DNA from: Batkoa obscura
Lineage: Eukaryota
NCBI GenBank assembly: GCA_030770535.1
Contig: JASVEC010000023.1
Location: 62,001 to 126,000 of the forward strand
Direction of reading: 5' to 3'
Length of the DNA: 64,000 nucleotides
In this document: positions 1-11,521 of the stretch, piece after piece
How the letters are laid out: each line of letters opens with the position of its first letter
How positions within the stretch are numbered: the first letter of the stretch is position 1
Notes under the pieces: model-generated
What the model saw: only the letters and a program-made list of their open reading frames with translations
Told to the model about the DNA's origin: nothing
Databases searched by the model: none
Made by a program: the position numbers and the translations under genes

Positions 1-438
1 TATGAATAGGTATAAACCAATATTCCATCGACTTTCATTATTCGAAACTTTTAATATTATTATCAAAAACCTAATGTACTTTTATTAATACAACGAACAT
101 ATTGGCAATGAAATGCTACGAATTACAAGTATTCTAGAGTTTATATGAAGCTTTGGCAAATAACTGTTACTCCAATAGTAAAAGTCCTCTGGATTTGAAA
201 ATTGATAATATAATCTAGCTAGATTTTGGAATAGATCTATAAATTTAAAGTTTAAATTCATAGTCAAACATCAAAGGTATCACCACCCAAAGCCATACAT
301 ATTATCAATATACTCCCCAATAAATGATATTCATAATACAGAATAGTTTTTACAAGCATAGTACTTCAAATTACTGTAAAGCTAAACCATTATTTTATAA
401 TAATAAATAACATTATAGCGAAATTTTAGATAGCATAT

Positions 439-536
439 GAGGATATTTTTTTAGCTTCATTACTTTTTCTATCTTTTAGGTGTTATTTAAGTGGAAAGAT
501 TGTTAGTAAAATTGTTAAGCACAAAAATACATCCCC
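439..536 (-). mobile_element. ~98 bp MITE (Sola2-like family), copy 1
   Basis: GAGGATAT...ACATCCCC ends, ATAT on both sides (435-438, 537-540); internal sequence is the reverse complement of the copies at 3237 and 26643. Confidence 0.9.
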
Positions 537-629
537 ATATTGTATTTTTTTAAATAAATAGTAAATAAATCCAACTACAGCAAAATCATTTATTGGAGTT
601 AATACAACAGATGAGAGACAGCTATTGAT

Positions 630-2054
630 TCAATCTTTGAGATATATATCTATCATTGGGTTCTTTTTAATTTCATTATAAACCTTTGAATTAACAATCG
701 GAGCAATAAGTAGTAATGGGGCTTTAGGTTCATATAATAGAATATCGGACTCTTGCGAGAATATGTTTACTATATTATATAAACTACTTAAAAGAGTTAG
801 GCGATTCAATAATGGCTTAATAGTGTTTACTATTGGTGCCATGATATTTGATAGATTATAAAGGGGCATTGCTAAAATCTCACTTATTGGATTGCCTATA
901 TATATAGGAAAAAAACTGTAAATTTTGATTACTTCAAGATTTGGGAATAAAGACAAAAAGCAAGCAAAATCCTCAAGGGTATCATCAAATCTACTCATGG
1001 TAATTTGTTTTATAAATTTACATTGGAATTCATCGTCTTCAAAATAAATTGTATCCATGACTCCTTGCTCAAACTCAGTAATGTCCATCTTTTCAATGTT
1101 TGGCAATAAAGAAATTACCTGCAATATTTCTACTGAAAACTCTTTAATGAACACTTCCTTTAAGGTTAATAATTTCATAAAACTGTCATCAATTTGGTAT
1201 TTTGAACCAAGAAAGCCTAAGCTAACGATATTACTTCCCTCAATAAAGCTCATGTTGTTACTATTCTCGTTTATTTCAAAAATCTTGCCAGAATAATCAA
1301 TTAATTTTATGCTCTTTAATTTTTTTAAGTTTCCTAAGCAACTAATATCAAATTCTTTGAATTCACCTCTAATTACTAACTCTAAATTGGAACTGAAATT
1401 TATATTGGGGTTGAATCTAACAGGATTAACAAAAACTCCAGAAGTTCCTAGATATAACTTCTTTAATTTACTAAATTTTGTTTTAACCATATCTAGTCCA
1501 TCAAGGCGCAGTTCGTCTTTGGAATATATTACAAGTACTTTCAATTTCTTTAAAGTATGATATTTGATTATATTCTTGAGGATTATATTTTTTCCACCAA
1601 TTATAAGCTCTTCTACCTGATCTAAATAGTTATCAAATATATCTGGTAATCTTGTACTTACAAAAGAAAATATTTTTAAAATTTTCAAGTTTGGAAAATT
1701 AGTACTTATTTTAATACTATTATCAACACTACTGCTATCATTAATATCGCCAAGCGGGTTCTTGTATTCCATCGATACTACATTTGGGCAACAGTTTAAA
1801 TACTCAATGTTGCTATTGTCTATTTCCATATGTTTTATTAATAGGGGATTCTCTTTGATAAATTTGATTTGATGATTTGAATACTTCCGAGATTTGAGGT
1901 ATACTGAGTTTATTAATTTTTTCCTGATAACATATTTGATAATTTTATTGATATATTTATTTAAGAGCAGATAGTTAAATAGCTCATCCGGATTTGCAAA
2001 TTTAAATATCGCTTCTAGTACAATATCTGGTAGTTGATCAAAGTTGATTGACAT
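630..2054 (-). CDS. F-box / leucine-rich-repeat-like protein (474 aa, intronless)
   Basis: N-terminal F-box-like FDQLPDIVLEAIFKF...LLLNK, followed by LRR-like units (FPNLKILKI, LKKLKVLVI, LPNIEKMDI, FPNLEVIKI). Confidence 0.8.
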   Translation of the reverse strand: MSINFDQLPDIVLEAIFKFANPDELFNYLLLNKYINKIIKYVIRKKLINSVYLKSRKYSNHQIKFIKENPLLIKHMEIDNSNIEYLNCCPNVVSMEYKNPLGDINDSSSVDNSIKISTNFPNLKILKIFSFVSTRLPDIFDNYLDQVEELIIGGKNIILKNIIKYHTLKKLKVLVIYSKDELRLDGLDMVKTKFSKLKKLYLGTSGVFVNPVRFNPNINFSSNLELVIRGEFKEFDISCLGNLKKLKSIKLIDYSGKIFEINENSNNMSFIEGSNIVSLGFLGSKYQIDDSFMKLLTLKEVFIKEFSVEILQVISLLPNIEKMDITEFEQGVMDTIYFEDDEFQCKFIKQITMSRFDDTLEDFACFLSLFPNLEVIKIYSFFPIYIGNPISEILAMPLYNLSNIMAPIVNTIKPLLNRLTLLSSLYNIVNIFSQESDILLYEPKAPLLLIAPIVNSKVYNEIKKNPMIDIYLKD

Positions 2055-2897
2055 TTGAAATGGAATAAGCGAAAAGGAAGTACAACTATTTATTATCTTA
2101 ATTTTTTAATATATGCTTATATTCTTATGACCAAAACTTGATGAAGTTCTATTGGCCAAAGCAATACACATTCTCCCTTTGATTTCGAAAGGAACAAATC
2201 AAGTTTATTAGGAACAAACAGTGGCAAGAAATTTGGAGTAAAAGTCTATAAATGCAAGTTTACTAAAATTATGAAAGGAGCTGAAATATAATAAAAAGTT
2301 CAGAAATAATTTCGAGATATAATGCTATGGATATATGAACAGCTATAAATCAATATTCTATTGACTTGTTTTATTTAAAACTACTTTATTTGATTTTATA
2401 GCAACATTCTTTTTATTTTTTTAGTAAGTGTAGTAAATACTGTGCTTAAAAATTGTGTTATTATTTAATAAACATGGCTTTTATTTATTATACTATTCAG
2501 TATTAATCTTAGATAATATTAACTTATAACTGGAATTTTAAAAAAAATTAAAGGTGCTATTAAAGGCAATTTTGGTTTAAAATTGTTTCTATTTTATGAT
2601 ACAGGGTGGAGACACTTTTAATAAAAATCTGACAAATAATTATTTTTAAAAAGATGTAAAATTTTATACAAAAATCCTAAATTAGTTAAACAACAATTTT
2701 ATAATTTTAAAAAAAGATTCCAAAATCTCAAGTCTAATGACTATTGAATATGAGCAGATCATTATAGCCTTTAAAAAGTTTACTAGGATGTATCAAAAAA
2801 ATTAATACGACTATTGTTCAGATTATTCGATACTTTATTAAAAACAAACTGGCCATTTATACGTTGGCAGGATCTAATCTATTTCCAATGAGCATTT

Positions 2898-2993
2898 GGG
2901 GATGTATCTTTTTGAAAAAAACTCCTCTATCAACTATTCACTCAAATAGCGCTTAAAAATGGAAAAAGTGATGAAATAAAAAAGAACATTCCC
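2898..2993 (+). mobile_element. MITE copy 2
   Basis: GGGGATGT...ACATTCCC flanked by the non-palindromic direct repeat ATTT/ATTT, showing a 4-bp TSD. Confidence 0.9.
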
Positions 2994-3236
2994 ATTTAAT
3001 ATTAGTTTAAAGTTAAATACAAAAAATATTTCTATATATAAGCACTTATTGGTAGGAATTTAATAGAAGGTGTCGTAGTCATAAATTTAAACATATTTGA
3101 ACCTATCAAAGCTAGCATTTTAAGTATTGATTATGGTGTTATTAAGTGAATATAAATTTTATTGATTTTATAAATTTAAAAGTTGAAAATTAACTTTTGG
3201 AAATTGTTTTTACTTTAGAATGTACTCCAAACATAT

Positions 3237-3334
3237 GGGGATGTATTTTTTTGTTTAAGAATTTTACTAACAATCTTTCTGCTCAAATAGCGCTTAAAAA
3301 GCGGAAAAGTAATGAAACCAAAAAAAACACTCCC
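3237..3334 (+). mobile_element. MITE copy 3
   Basis: GGGGATGT...ACACTCCC, ATAT/ATAT flanks. Confidence 0.9.
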
Positions 3335-3460
3335 ATATATTAATCTGTTTTTATTGGTGATAAAGATGTACTCTAATATTGAAACAGTTATATTTGAATT
3401 TGTTTAAATAATTTAGGAGCATCAGAGATGGGAACAAAATAATAAGTGGAATTAACATAT

Positions 3461-3557
3461 GGGGATGTATTTTCGTGTTTAAGAATTTTACTAACAATTT
3501 CTCCACTCCAAATAACGCTTAAAAGATGGAAAAAGTGAAGCCAAAAATAACATCTTC
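3461..3557 (+). mobile_element. MITE copy 4
   Basis: GGGGATGT...ACATCTTC, ATAT/ATAC flanks. Confidence 0.85.
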
Positions 3558-3980
3558 ATACGAATATATAGGAACATTTTAAATTGATTGCAACTTACAT
3601 AAATATGAATTGTTAATTAAAAAGAGTTTCGATAGACACTGTTTTTATGGCTTTATCTGTATCTATGATAATCACTTAGCTGTTATATAATGATTATTTC
3701 TCTTCTTTCACTTTTTAGATGGATCTGATGCTGTCCTTTTTTAATAACATTATTGAAAAATATAAACTTACAAGGGTAGACATTGGGTTTTGTAAGCTTT
3801 TTTAAAAATTATAATTCAATTCTAGTTTTATAGCTTTTATTTACTTTATTATCAGTATAAAATCTATGTATACATTTTGTAAATAATATTTTCATCAAAT
3901 TCTTTATTTGATGTATGTTTCTGTTTGCACTTAATTTGAAATAGTACTTTATTTTACATGTAGTCTTCAGTTTATTATAC

Positions 3981-4078
3981 GGGGATGTGTTTTTGTGTTT
4001 AAAAATTTTACTAACAATTCTTCCGCTCAAATAGCGCTTAAAAATGGAAAAAATAATGAAGTCAAAAAAAACACTCCC
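3981..4078 (+). mobile_element. MITE copy 5
   Basis: GGGGATGT...ACACTCCC, ATAC/ATAT flanks. Confidence 0.9.
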
Positions 4079-4407
4079 ATATACTATTGAAAAAATAATA
4101 GTTACTTTAGTTTAAAGTTCTTTTTTTAAATCTCTATCTGGTATATATCAATTTTACTTTTATTTTCAAGGGAACAAGTAGAGTTATTTAGAGTCACTAA
4201 TATAGTTTTAGTTCTTTCTTAGCTTGCTAGTTCAATTTACTTATTACTTATTGAAGTTGTCGAAAATAAAATCTAATAAAGTTTTCAACTTTTCTTTAGA
4301 AAAGGGAATAGACATGATTTATTTTTGACAAATAAAATTCCAAATAAAACTCTTAAATTAAATTCAAACTTAAATTTCCTGAAAATCGCAATCTTTTTTT
4401 AAAAAAA

Positions 4408-5286
4408 ATGGCACCAAAATCAAAACCAAGTCAAGAAGTAAAGATAGACGAAGTATTTTACTACATCCCTAATATAATAGGTAACAATCATTATCATAAA
4501 AGCGAATCTCTTAACACAATTGGACCCTTTATTAGGTTACACTCGGATATTGTTAGTCGGCATTTCATTATATTACATGAAGGGCAATCCATTAGTGTTT
4601 GCAATCAGTTACATGATATCATGTGCTTTGGATGCTTTAGATGGCTTCGCAGCCAGGTATTTTAATCAGTGTTCTAAGTTTGGAGCAGTTTTAGATATGG
4701 TTACTGACCGTTGTACAACTACCTGCTTATTGTGTTATTTAGCAGCGGTTTATGAACCATATTCAATCTTTTTCCAGTTTTTAATCTCCCTAGATATTTC
4801 TTCCCACTATATGCATATGTATAGGTAAATGGTTTTTTATATTCTTAGGTTTTAGAGTAGTGTTTATTGTGTTTTTTATAGTTCTCTTACGTCTGGCGCC
4901 ACCTCTCATAAACAAGTGGATGAAAACCAGAATTTTTTATTGAGGGCGTATTATCATAATAAGGTAATTGAACTTTATTTATATTATGTATTTGATTAAG
5001 ACAAAATAGGTCGTATTATTTTTAGTATGCGGTTTTAATGAATTGTTTTTCGTGGGACTATATTTAATGCACGAAGACCAATATTCCGCATGTAAGTTTA
5101 TAATTATTTTCAATTAAAGCACTATATTTATATATTCTTTGATTAGATAATTACTTATATTACTGGTTAACTTGTTCTATGGCCCCCTTTTTTATTTTTA
5201 AAAACGTCCTTAATGTTATTCAATTCATGGAAGCATCCAAAAGTTTGGCTAGGGTGGACGTTATCGAACGTTCAAAGAAAAATTAA
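4408..5286 (+). CDS. PIS1: CDP-diacylglycerol--inositol 3-phosphatidyltransferase (phosphatidylinositol synthase), ~5 exons
   Basis: YIPNIIGYTRI; CDP-alcohol phosphotransferase motif DALDGFAARYFNQCSKFGAVLDMVTDR; LDISSHYMHMY; GT-AG introns join the exons through to TAA at 5284-5286. Confidence 0.95.
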
Positions 5287-5617
5287 TTTTTATTTTAAAA
5301 ACATTATTTTAACACTCTTCTATTTTTATTGTTTGTTGCTTATTTTAAATTATAGTTTGTAATTATAAATCAGAGACAAATAAAGATAACTATATGGTAT
5401 ATATTTAAAAATTAGTTTTTTATATTATTGAATAATCAAAAATTAGATTATTATGAAATAAAATAATCGCTAAAATGGTGGGAAAATAAAATTCGCGTTC
5501 AACTACTCTATATTACATTATATTATACAATGATAGCTGTCTTTTGCATTACATTTATGCATTAAGTAACACAAAATTTAAAGTTAAAAAAGAGTTAAGT
5601 GAACTTTTTAAATAGAA

Positions 5618-6640
5618 TGGATGAAAAAATACGACAAAATATAGAAGCGCAGTATGAATACTTTCACTATTCCAAAAACTATTGTGAAGAAAATGTATAC
5701 CAATTAATCCGAAGTCTAAAGCACTATTTTGAGCAGGACTCATTTTTTAATCAACTGACCCCCTTTTTTTATCCTACATTTGTCATCAATCCTTGGAATA
5801 AGGTATAATTGAATTGTTTGATTAATTTGAAATTGGTTTTAATTTTTAGTGTAACAACGTTTATATTAATATCCAAATATTTCACTAGGTCCCCATATGG
5901 AAACAAAAGTTAGCAGCTGAACCAAATTTACCAATAATCTGGGTAAAGTATCACATTTAAGTTAATTATAGAGATATTTCAAAGGTATATTAAACGGTTC
6001 TTTTAACACTACAGGATTATCATGTAATATTAATACTTATATTAGAGAATGAAGAAGAGTAAGGATTATATTATTGAATACTGAAAACTAGTCTAAGATC
6101 AATTTTAGGAGATATAGTTACATTTTGGATTTCGATACAACATTACCTTTTATTACCAGTTTTAATGAGTATTTCAACGCTTGCTTTCATGCTTTTAAAA
6201 CAGAAAGCTTCGAGTTAAAAAGGTATATTTATTGTATGACTTTTTTTGTATTTTTTAATTCATAAATTAGATTCTATAGAGTTATAAACGAAACAAATTT
6301 TCTGAATTATTTTGCAAGCGATCGAAGTCATATGGTAGGGCTTGTTAACGATAATGATGAATACTAAATAACATGATCTTTAGATTTTTAACGACGAGTA
6401 TATCGTTAAGCCGCCAAGCTACGAACCTATCACTAATCAAGGTAATAATTATTTGTTTTTTGTTATCAAGTTAGAATAATGGTTTTTCTTTGTAGAATAT
6501 ACTAATAATTTAAATTATTATACGCAATTCAATGAAGAAGATCTACATAACGTAGAAATGAATAATGGAAGCTCTTTAATTCATTTTAAATTTGGATTAA
6601 TCTTTGATGAAGCTTTGTTTGCCAATTTGAGTTTTCATTA
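5618..6640 (+). CDS. NTAQ1: Protein N-terminal glutamine amidohydrolase (WDYHV1/NTAQ1), ~7 exons
   Basis: YSKNYCEENVY, VPIWKQK, spliced W|DYHVIL, LDFDTTLPF, FASDRSHM. Confidence 0.92.
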
Positions 6641-7247
6641 AATAAAATAAACTAATAGATTACGTTGTAATTCTTTAATTGCAAAATTATTAACACTTTA
6701 AGTAATAAATTCAGTGTTATCTAATCCTCTTCTTAATATATTAGTTAATATTTTAAGTAAGAATTTATTTATACTTTGTTTAATATTATCTTAATTAAAG
6801 TTGAAAGTGTTTTATTTAATTTTATGCATTTCGTTTAATTTATGAAATAGTTTCCACTATTTTAAGATTATTGTTTCACTTTATGTAGATGAAATAACCT
6901 TATTAAACTTTACATTTTTACTTTCATCTTATCATAACTAAATATTCAATAGTATTAAAACTATAAAATAATATTTTTAGAGTTTATGATGAGTTTATTA
7001 TGAATAAGTAAATGTCTTGACAATGGTGAGTTGTGATAGAGATGATGAGTATTGTGAAAGCTCAAGGTAATAGAAAATGATGAGCATTGTAGGTTGTAGG
7101 AAAGAGTTTGTAATTAAAGTATTTTGGATTACAAAGTAGAGGGGATCGTAGTTAAGAGTACTTAGGTTTAGGTAGAAGAGATCATGTTTAAGGTGTTTTA
7201 GGTTATGAAGTAGATTTTACCATATTTAAAAACTGTAAATTCGAAAT

Positions 7248-8075
7248 TCAAGGTGTTAAACGATTGGTAAAAATAGGGAAAGGGAGTGCTTTTGGATCAG
7301 GTGCACGTCGGAAAGTGGGGCCTGCATATGGCACATTTTGAATAGGCTTTGGTTTCGATATAGCCATATTTGGAGTTGGGATCATCAAATTCATCAATAA
7401 ATGAGAAGCCATGTCAAGGTCTTGTTCGAATTTCGAAGGATTTACACTCGAGTTGGAATCTTCAAAATCTGCTTTCGCTTTATCAGTCTTTGGATAGGCC
7501 TGTGAATCAGAATGATAATCTAAGTTAAGATCAACAACTGGAGATAATGAACTAGTCAAATTAGTTCTTGGTTTACCCAATACTAATGCGTCTAATAATA
7601 AATTAGAGCTAGATTCTTTGGTTACTCTTTTCTGAATTTGTATACTTCCAGGAACTAATTCTGGAGCTTTCGATGAAGGAGCAGTTTTCCTACGATGAAC
7701 TTTCGAATTGTTTTGGTTCTTATTATCTTTCTGATTTGGATTGTTGGCTTTGTTTCTATGTCTATTAGTAGAAACAAGTAGATTTGATTGCGTTGCTGAT
7801 GGCGTACTTAAAGAGTTACGTCTTTGCTCAAGTTTGAATCCTTTATTTACTAAAGGATTATTTTTGTTGTCGATTGAATTGACTTTGATTTGTGGAACTG
7901 GGGATGGCAAAGATCTATGCTTTTGATTAACAGGTTTTCCTTTTAGCTTGATAGCTGGGCCATTAGGCTGCCTTATTCTCTCTTTCTGATTAGGGTGTTG
8001 AGAATGGGAAGATTTAATGTTAGCTGGGCCGGAGTTAAAGCCACTGTTAAAATTAGTTTTGGATTTGAGAGCCAT
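7248..8075 (-). CDS. Low-complexity protein with C-terminal PNRC/Edc1-type decapping-activator motif
   Basis: C-terminal YAGPTFRRAPDPKALPFPIF matches the YAGxxF...LPxP motif of PNRC2/Edc1; likely start MALKSK at 8075 (ORF is open from 8150). Confidence 0.75.
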   Translation of the reverse strand: MALKSKTNFNSGFNSGPANIKSSHSQHPNQKERIRQPNGPAIKLKGKPVNQKHRSLPSPVPQIKVNSIDNKNNPLVNKGFKLEQRRNSLSTPSATQSNLLVSTNRHRNKANNPNQKDNKNQNNSKVHRRKTAPSSKAPELVPGSIQIQKRVTKESSSNLLLDALVLGKPRTNLTSSLSPVVDLNLDYHSDSQAYPKTDKAKADFEDSNSSVNPSKFEQDLDMASHLLMNLMIPTPNMAISKPKPIQNVPYAGPTFRRAPDPKALPFPIFTNRLTP

Positions 8076-8509
8076 TGTTGATACGTTTATGTCTTGTAAA
8101 AAATTTGAGTTGTAATTGATAGTTAAAGTTGCTTTAAAATTTTTAATCATAAGAAACTTGATCTTATTTAAGGGCCGATATATACTAAGCGCGATTGAAG
8201 TGATTATAACCTTAAGGGAGTTACTTGAGAGAGCTTAGGACTGTGCAGTTAAATAATTTTAATCAAAGAATATCTTTGTTATAAAAAGGTTCACCAATAG
8301 TAATATAAACAAAAGAGAACGAGAGGTTAATGTATTTAATTATATTACGAATATAAATAAAGGTGAATTAAAAAAGAAACTAAATAAAACACGAACTTGG
8401 AAAATTAAAAATTTACAGATAAACAAAAGAAATAAATTTTTCCATAAGGCTGATTTTCTTTTTTATACGTTTGTTAACTACCTATTAAATGGTGGTTGAT
8501 CACCCTATC

Positions 8510-8729
8510 ATTGGCTTAACTAAGTTAATGTTCCTATACCCATCTAATAAAAACGGAAATATATGATTATGGCTAATTTTGATTGGACAAGGGTCAAATA
8601 AGCACTTTATAAGCACACCACCCCCTATCCCCACTTGATTGGTGATGAAATATGCTATAAAAATCAATTACCTTAAGCTTAAGCCATAAATTAAACAATT
8701 GGCCAAATAATTAGGCCTAGGTATCCAAT
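8510..8729 (-). promoter_or_regulatory. Cluster of CCAAT boxes upstream of the PNRC/Edc1-like gene
   Basis: ATTGG at 8510, 8582, 8638 and 8698 and CCAAT at 8725, in a relatively GC-rich intergenic patch. Confidence 0.4.
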
Positions 8730-10249
8730 CAATAGAGTCAAAACTAGGCAATTAATTAAAGTATTATAATTGATATATTTATTTTCTAAAAACAACACTC
8801 ACCTCATGTCATACGTTATTTTACTATTTACTCTAAAAGCTAAAGTGAAGTTAAATAATAACCAAAAGCTGTTAGAGTGACCCTTTTACATTATAATATT
8901 TTTTAAGATGGGGTGCTTTTTTATATTTTGTTAATATTGGTTTAAGGGTTTAAAAATTAGTGTAAAACAAGGAAATCTTCTCAAACTAAAACAAATTAAG
9001 TTAGATGAAACAGCTAATTTGACTTTAATGGTTGGTTACCTTGTATAGGGGCCTTAGTAGAAATTGTCTACAAATAGCTTTTTTTCACTTCGCTTTCATG
9101 ACTCGAAATGAATGTTTTCATATGCTGTGGCATTATGATTTAAATTTTATAGGCTGATTAATTTAATTGTTACTATAAAAAATGACTTATGCCATAGTTA
9201 ATTAAAGCTTAAAGAACCCGCTTTTATTATCCAAATTATAAAGTTTTATATAAATGAATTTCATAGTTAAATAAGAGTAAACAATTATAATATAAAATGT
9301 ATCTTAGATTATAAAATGATCGAAACTGATAAAAAATAACAATTTTTAATAAATTCTAATTAAAACTATTCAGGCTAAAACTATTGATATTACAGTTTAA
9401 AACATGTGAACTATTAAATAGAATTTAAATAAGCCTCAAAAAGTAGTAATAGGGACGAAATTGCATTATAGTGATCTCTTTAAAGCAGGAATTAGCTCCG
9501 AATTTGCATTTTTTGAAAATTTAATAAAACAGCGTCTAGATACATCATTTAATATATTTAGTAACTTATTTTATCGTTTATATTATGATATTTGAAACTA
9601 CTTACCTCTGTATAAATAGATAATTGCTTTGTAACTATATGTCTATTTATAAAGAGCTTTTAAGATATATAACTTTAGGTTTAATTTATGAATTTGGTCA
9701 AAGTCAAGTTGAACTAAACTCTAACTATAAACCAAATACACAATAAACAGTGTAATATACGATTTTTAATAAAGGTACTGAAAAAAGTGCAAATAGGTGC
9801 TTTTTTAACACAGTTCAAAACGGCTTGTTAGATCCTTTTTTAGAACTGAAGAAATGCTATTACTGGACAAAAGATGTTCTTGAATTCCAATGTGGTATTG
9901 TAATATATATAATAAAGCTAGTTTTATATGATAAGTTTATTTTATATCAAAGTCTTTACTCCGCATTATGTTAGTACTGAAAATAATATTGTGAATTTAA
10001 ATAGTTAGAGTTTGATTAGAGTCATAATCATTCGATGAAAATAAGATTAATGTTTAATCAAGTTGCTTATGGATACGAATGGAAGGAGTATAATATTGAA
10101 TTAAAAAGAGGATGAAGAGTCAACATAGTCACAAGCGTGGGTAGCCACGTGCTGCATAACAATTATCCAGCTACCCCTGACAAGAGATTAGATAGCACAA
10201 TTGACATCTATCATAGATATCCATTGTAGTTAAAGATCCTAATACACAT

Positions 10250-10343
10250 GGGGTGTTTTTTTTGACTTCATTCCTTTTTCCATCTTTCAAGTGCTATTTT
10301 GGTAGAAAAATTGTAAGATTATTAAATACAAAAACACAACCAC
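10250..10343 (-). mobile_element. MITE copy 6
   Basis: GGGGTGTTTTT...ACACAACCAC, ACAT/AGAT flanks; internal match to the other copies. Confidence 0.8.
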
Positions 10344-11071
10344 AGATCATTCCATTCCTCATCACATCCAATATGTCTACGGCATTTTTATGCTTAACAC
10401 TAATATTACGTATAATATCAATTAGGCAATCAACTATTTGTAAATCCCTATATTTTAATGAATAAATTTTCAATTTCTTATTGAGCTCCCTTATTTTTTC
10501 AATATTAATCAACTCACATATGAGTATTGTAATAATGCTATCTATATGGGTATATAATCCAATTTCGCCAGTGTTAGTAGAAGACATTATAAGTGAAATG
10601 CTTTTCAATTTGCTATTTCAAAGGATATTTTTTTTAAATCTTTTAGTAATAATTGAATCAACCGTTATGTTACCATAAACATGTAGTACCTCTTTGTTAG
10701 TATATTTTACTAATCAAAACGATTCCTTGAAACACTGTAAAAAAGCTAAAAGATCGTCAAAACCAGTCATGTATTTAATGATATTAGTTGTTATTTAATC
10801 AAATAAATTGTTGAATAAGTATTTAGATGATAAATTTATTGGATTTTTTTCAATATACGTTCCTAGACTTACTTCAATTGAATTTCATGAGAGTGTAGAA
10901 ACAGAATTCATTTGCTTTCGTAAGATTTTTAAGTTTTCAATAGTGATATTCTTATAAAGTATACATTACTTTATGAGTTTAAAGCATCTATTAAAGTGTA
11001 AAGCCAGCTAATTAAAATAGAAAGAGAACAGTTCAAAAATTGGCTATTAGGCTGATTTGCTTCTTAAAATA

Positions 11072-11385
11072 CAGTACATAATGACTGAAAAATGGTTTGA
11101 GTGCTTATATAGAATTTACAAATTATCATGGCTTGAGAAGAAAACATCAAATTAAATAAAACATCTGGTAACTATAATATACTGTTGATATAATTCTATT
11201 ATATAGTTGATGAGCTCATTTTCTCTAAATCCTTGTATCTATATGACCGAATTTTTAGTTAGTTTATTTTTTTTATAACAAACTATACATATTTTACCTT
11301 TTTATTTTATTGAATATACCTCTTCTCGAGTTATGATAAAATTTTAAATTTATTATAAGCACTCAAATCATTTTTTAGCCCACTG
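11072..11385. mobile_element. Non-autonomous Tc1/mariner-like element (~314 bp)
   Basis: TA|CAGT...ACTG|TA ends; ~70 bp imperfect TIRs (aaaaatggtttgagtgcttata vs tataagcactcaaatcatttttt; ttatcatggcttgagaaga vs tcttctcgagttatgataa). Confidence 0.65.
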
Positions 11386-11521
11386 TAAATTTAGAATAAG
11401 AAAAAAAATCAGAATCAGCAAGAATTTAATTTCTTTACAAATTTACGATTCAATCAAACTTTTACGCCATACAATTTAAACTAAGCCACTTTAAACTTTG
11501 TTAACTTTTTAACTAATTTTG

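Noticed and set aside
2600..2897. TA-CAGGGTG mariner-like terminus and a faint WP...DLN-like stretch
   Set aside because: No matching second TIR found and the translation is too degenerate to support a call
3809..4030. Short ORFs overlapping MITEs or TIRs (also 10253-10465, 62933-63118)
   Set aside because: Chance frames across repeats, often with non-ATG starts and no protein motifs
2898..4078. Regularly recurring repeats resembling a CRISPR array
   Set aside because: Eukaryotic context, ~98 bp units with TIRs and TSDs, irregular spacing, no cas genes
6985..7090. Three ATGATGA (C-box-like) motifs suggesting snoRNAs
   Set aside because: No downstream CTGA D box or terminal stem; the region is the likely 3' UTR of the minus-strand gene
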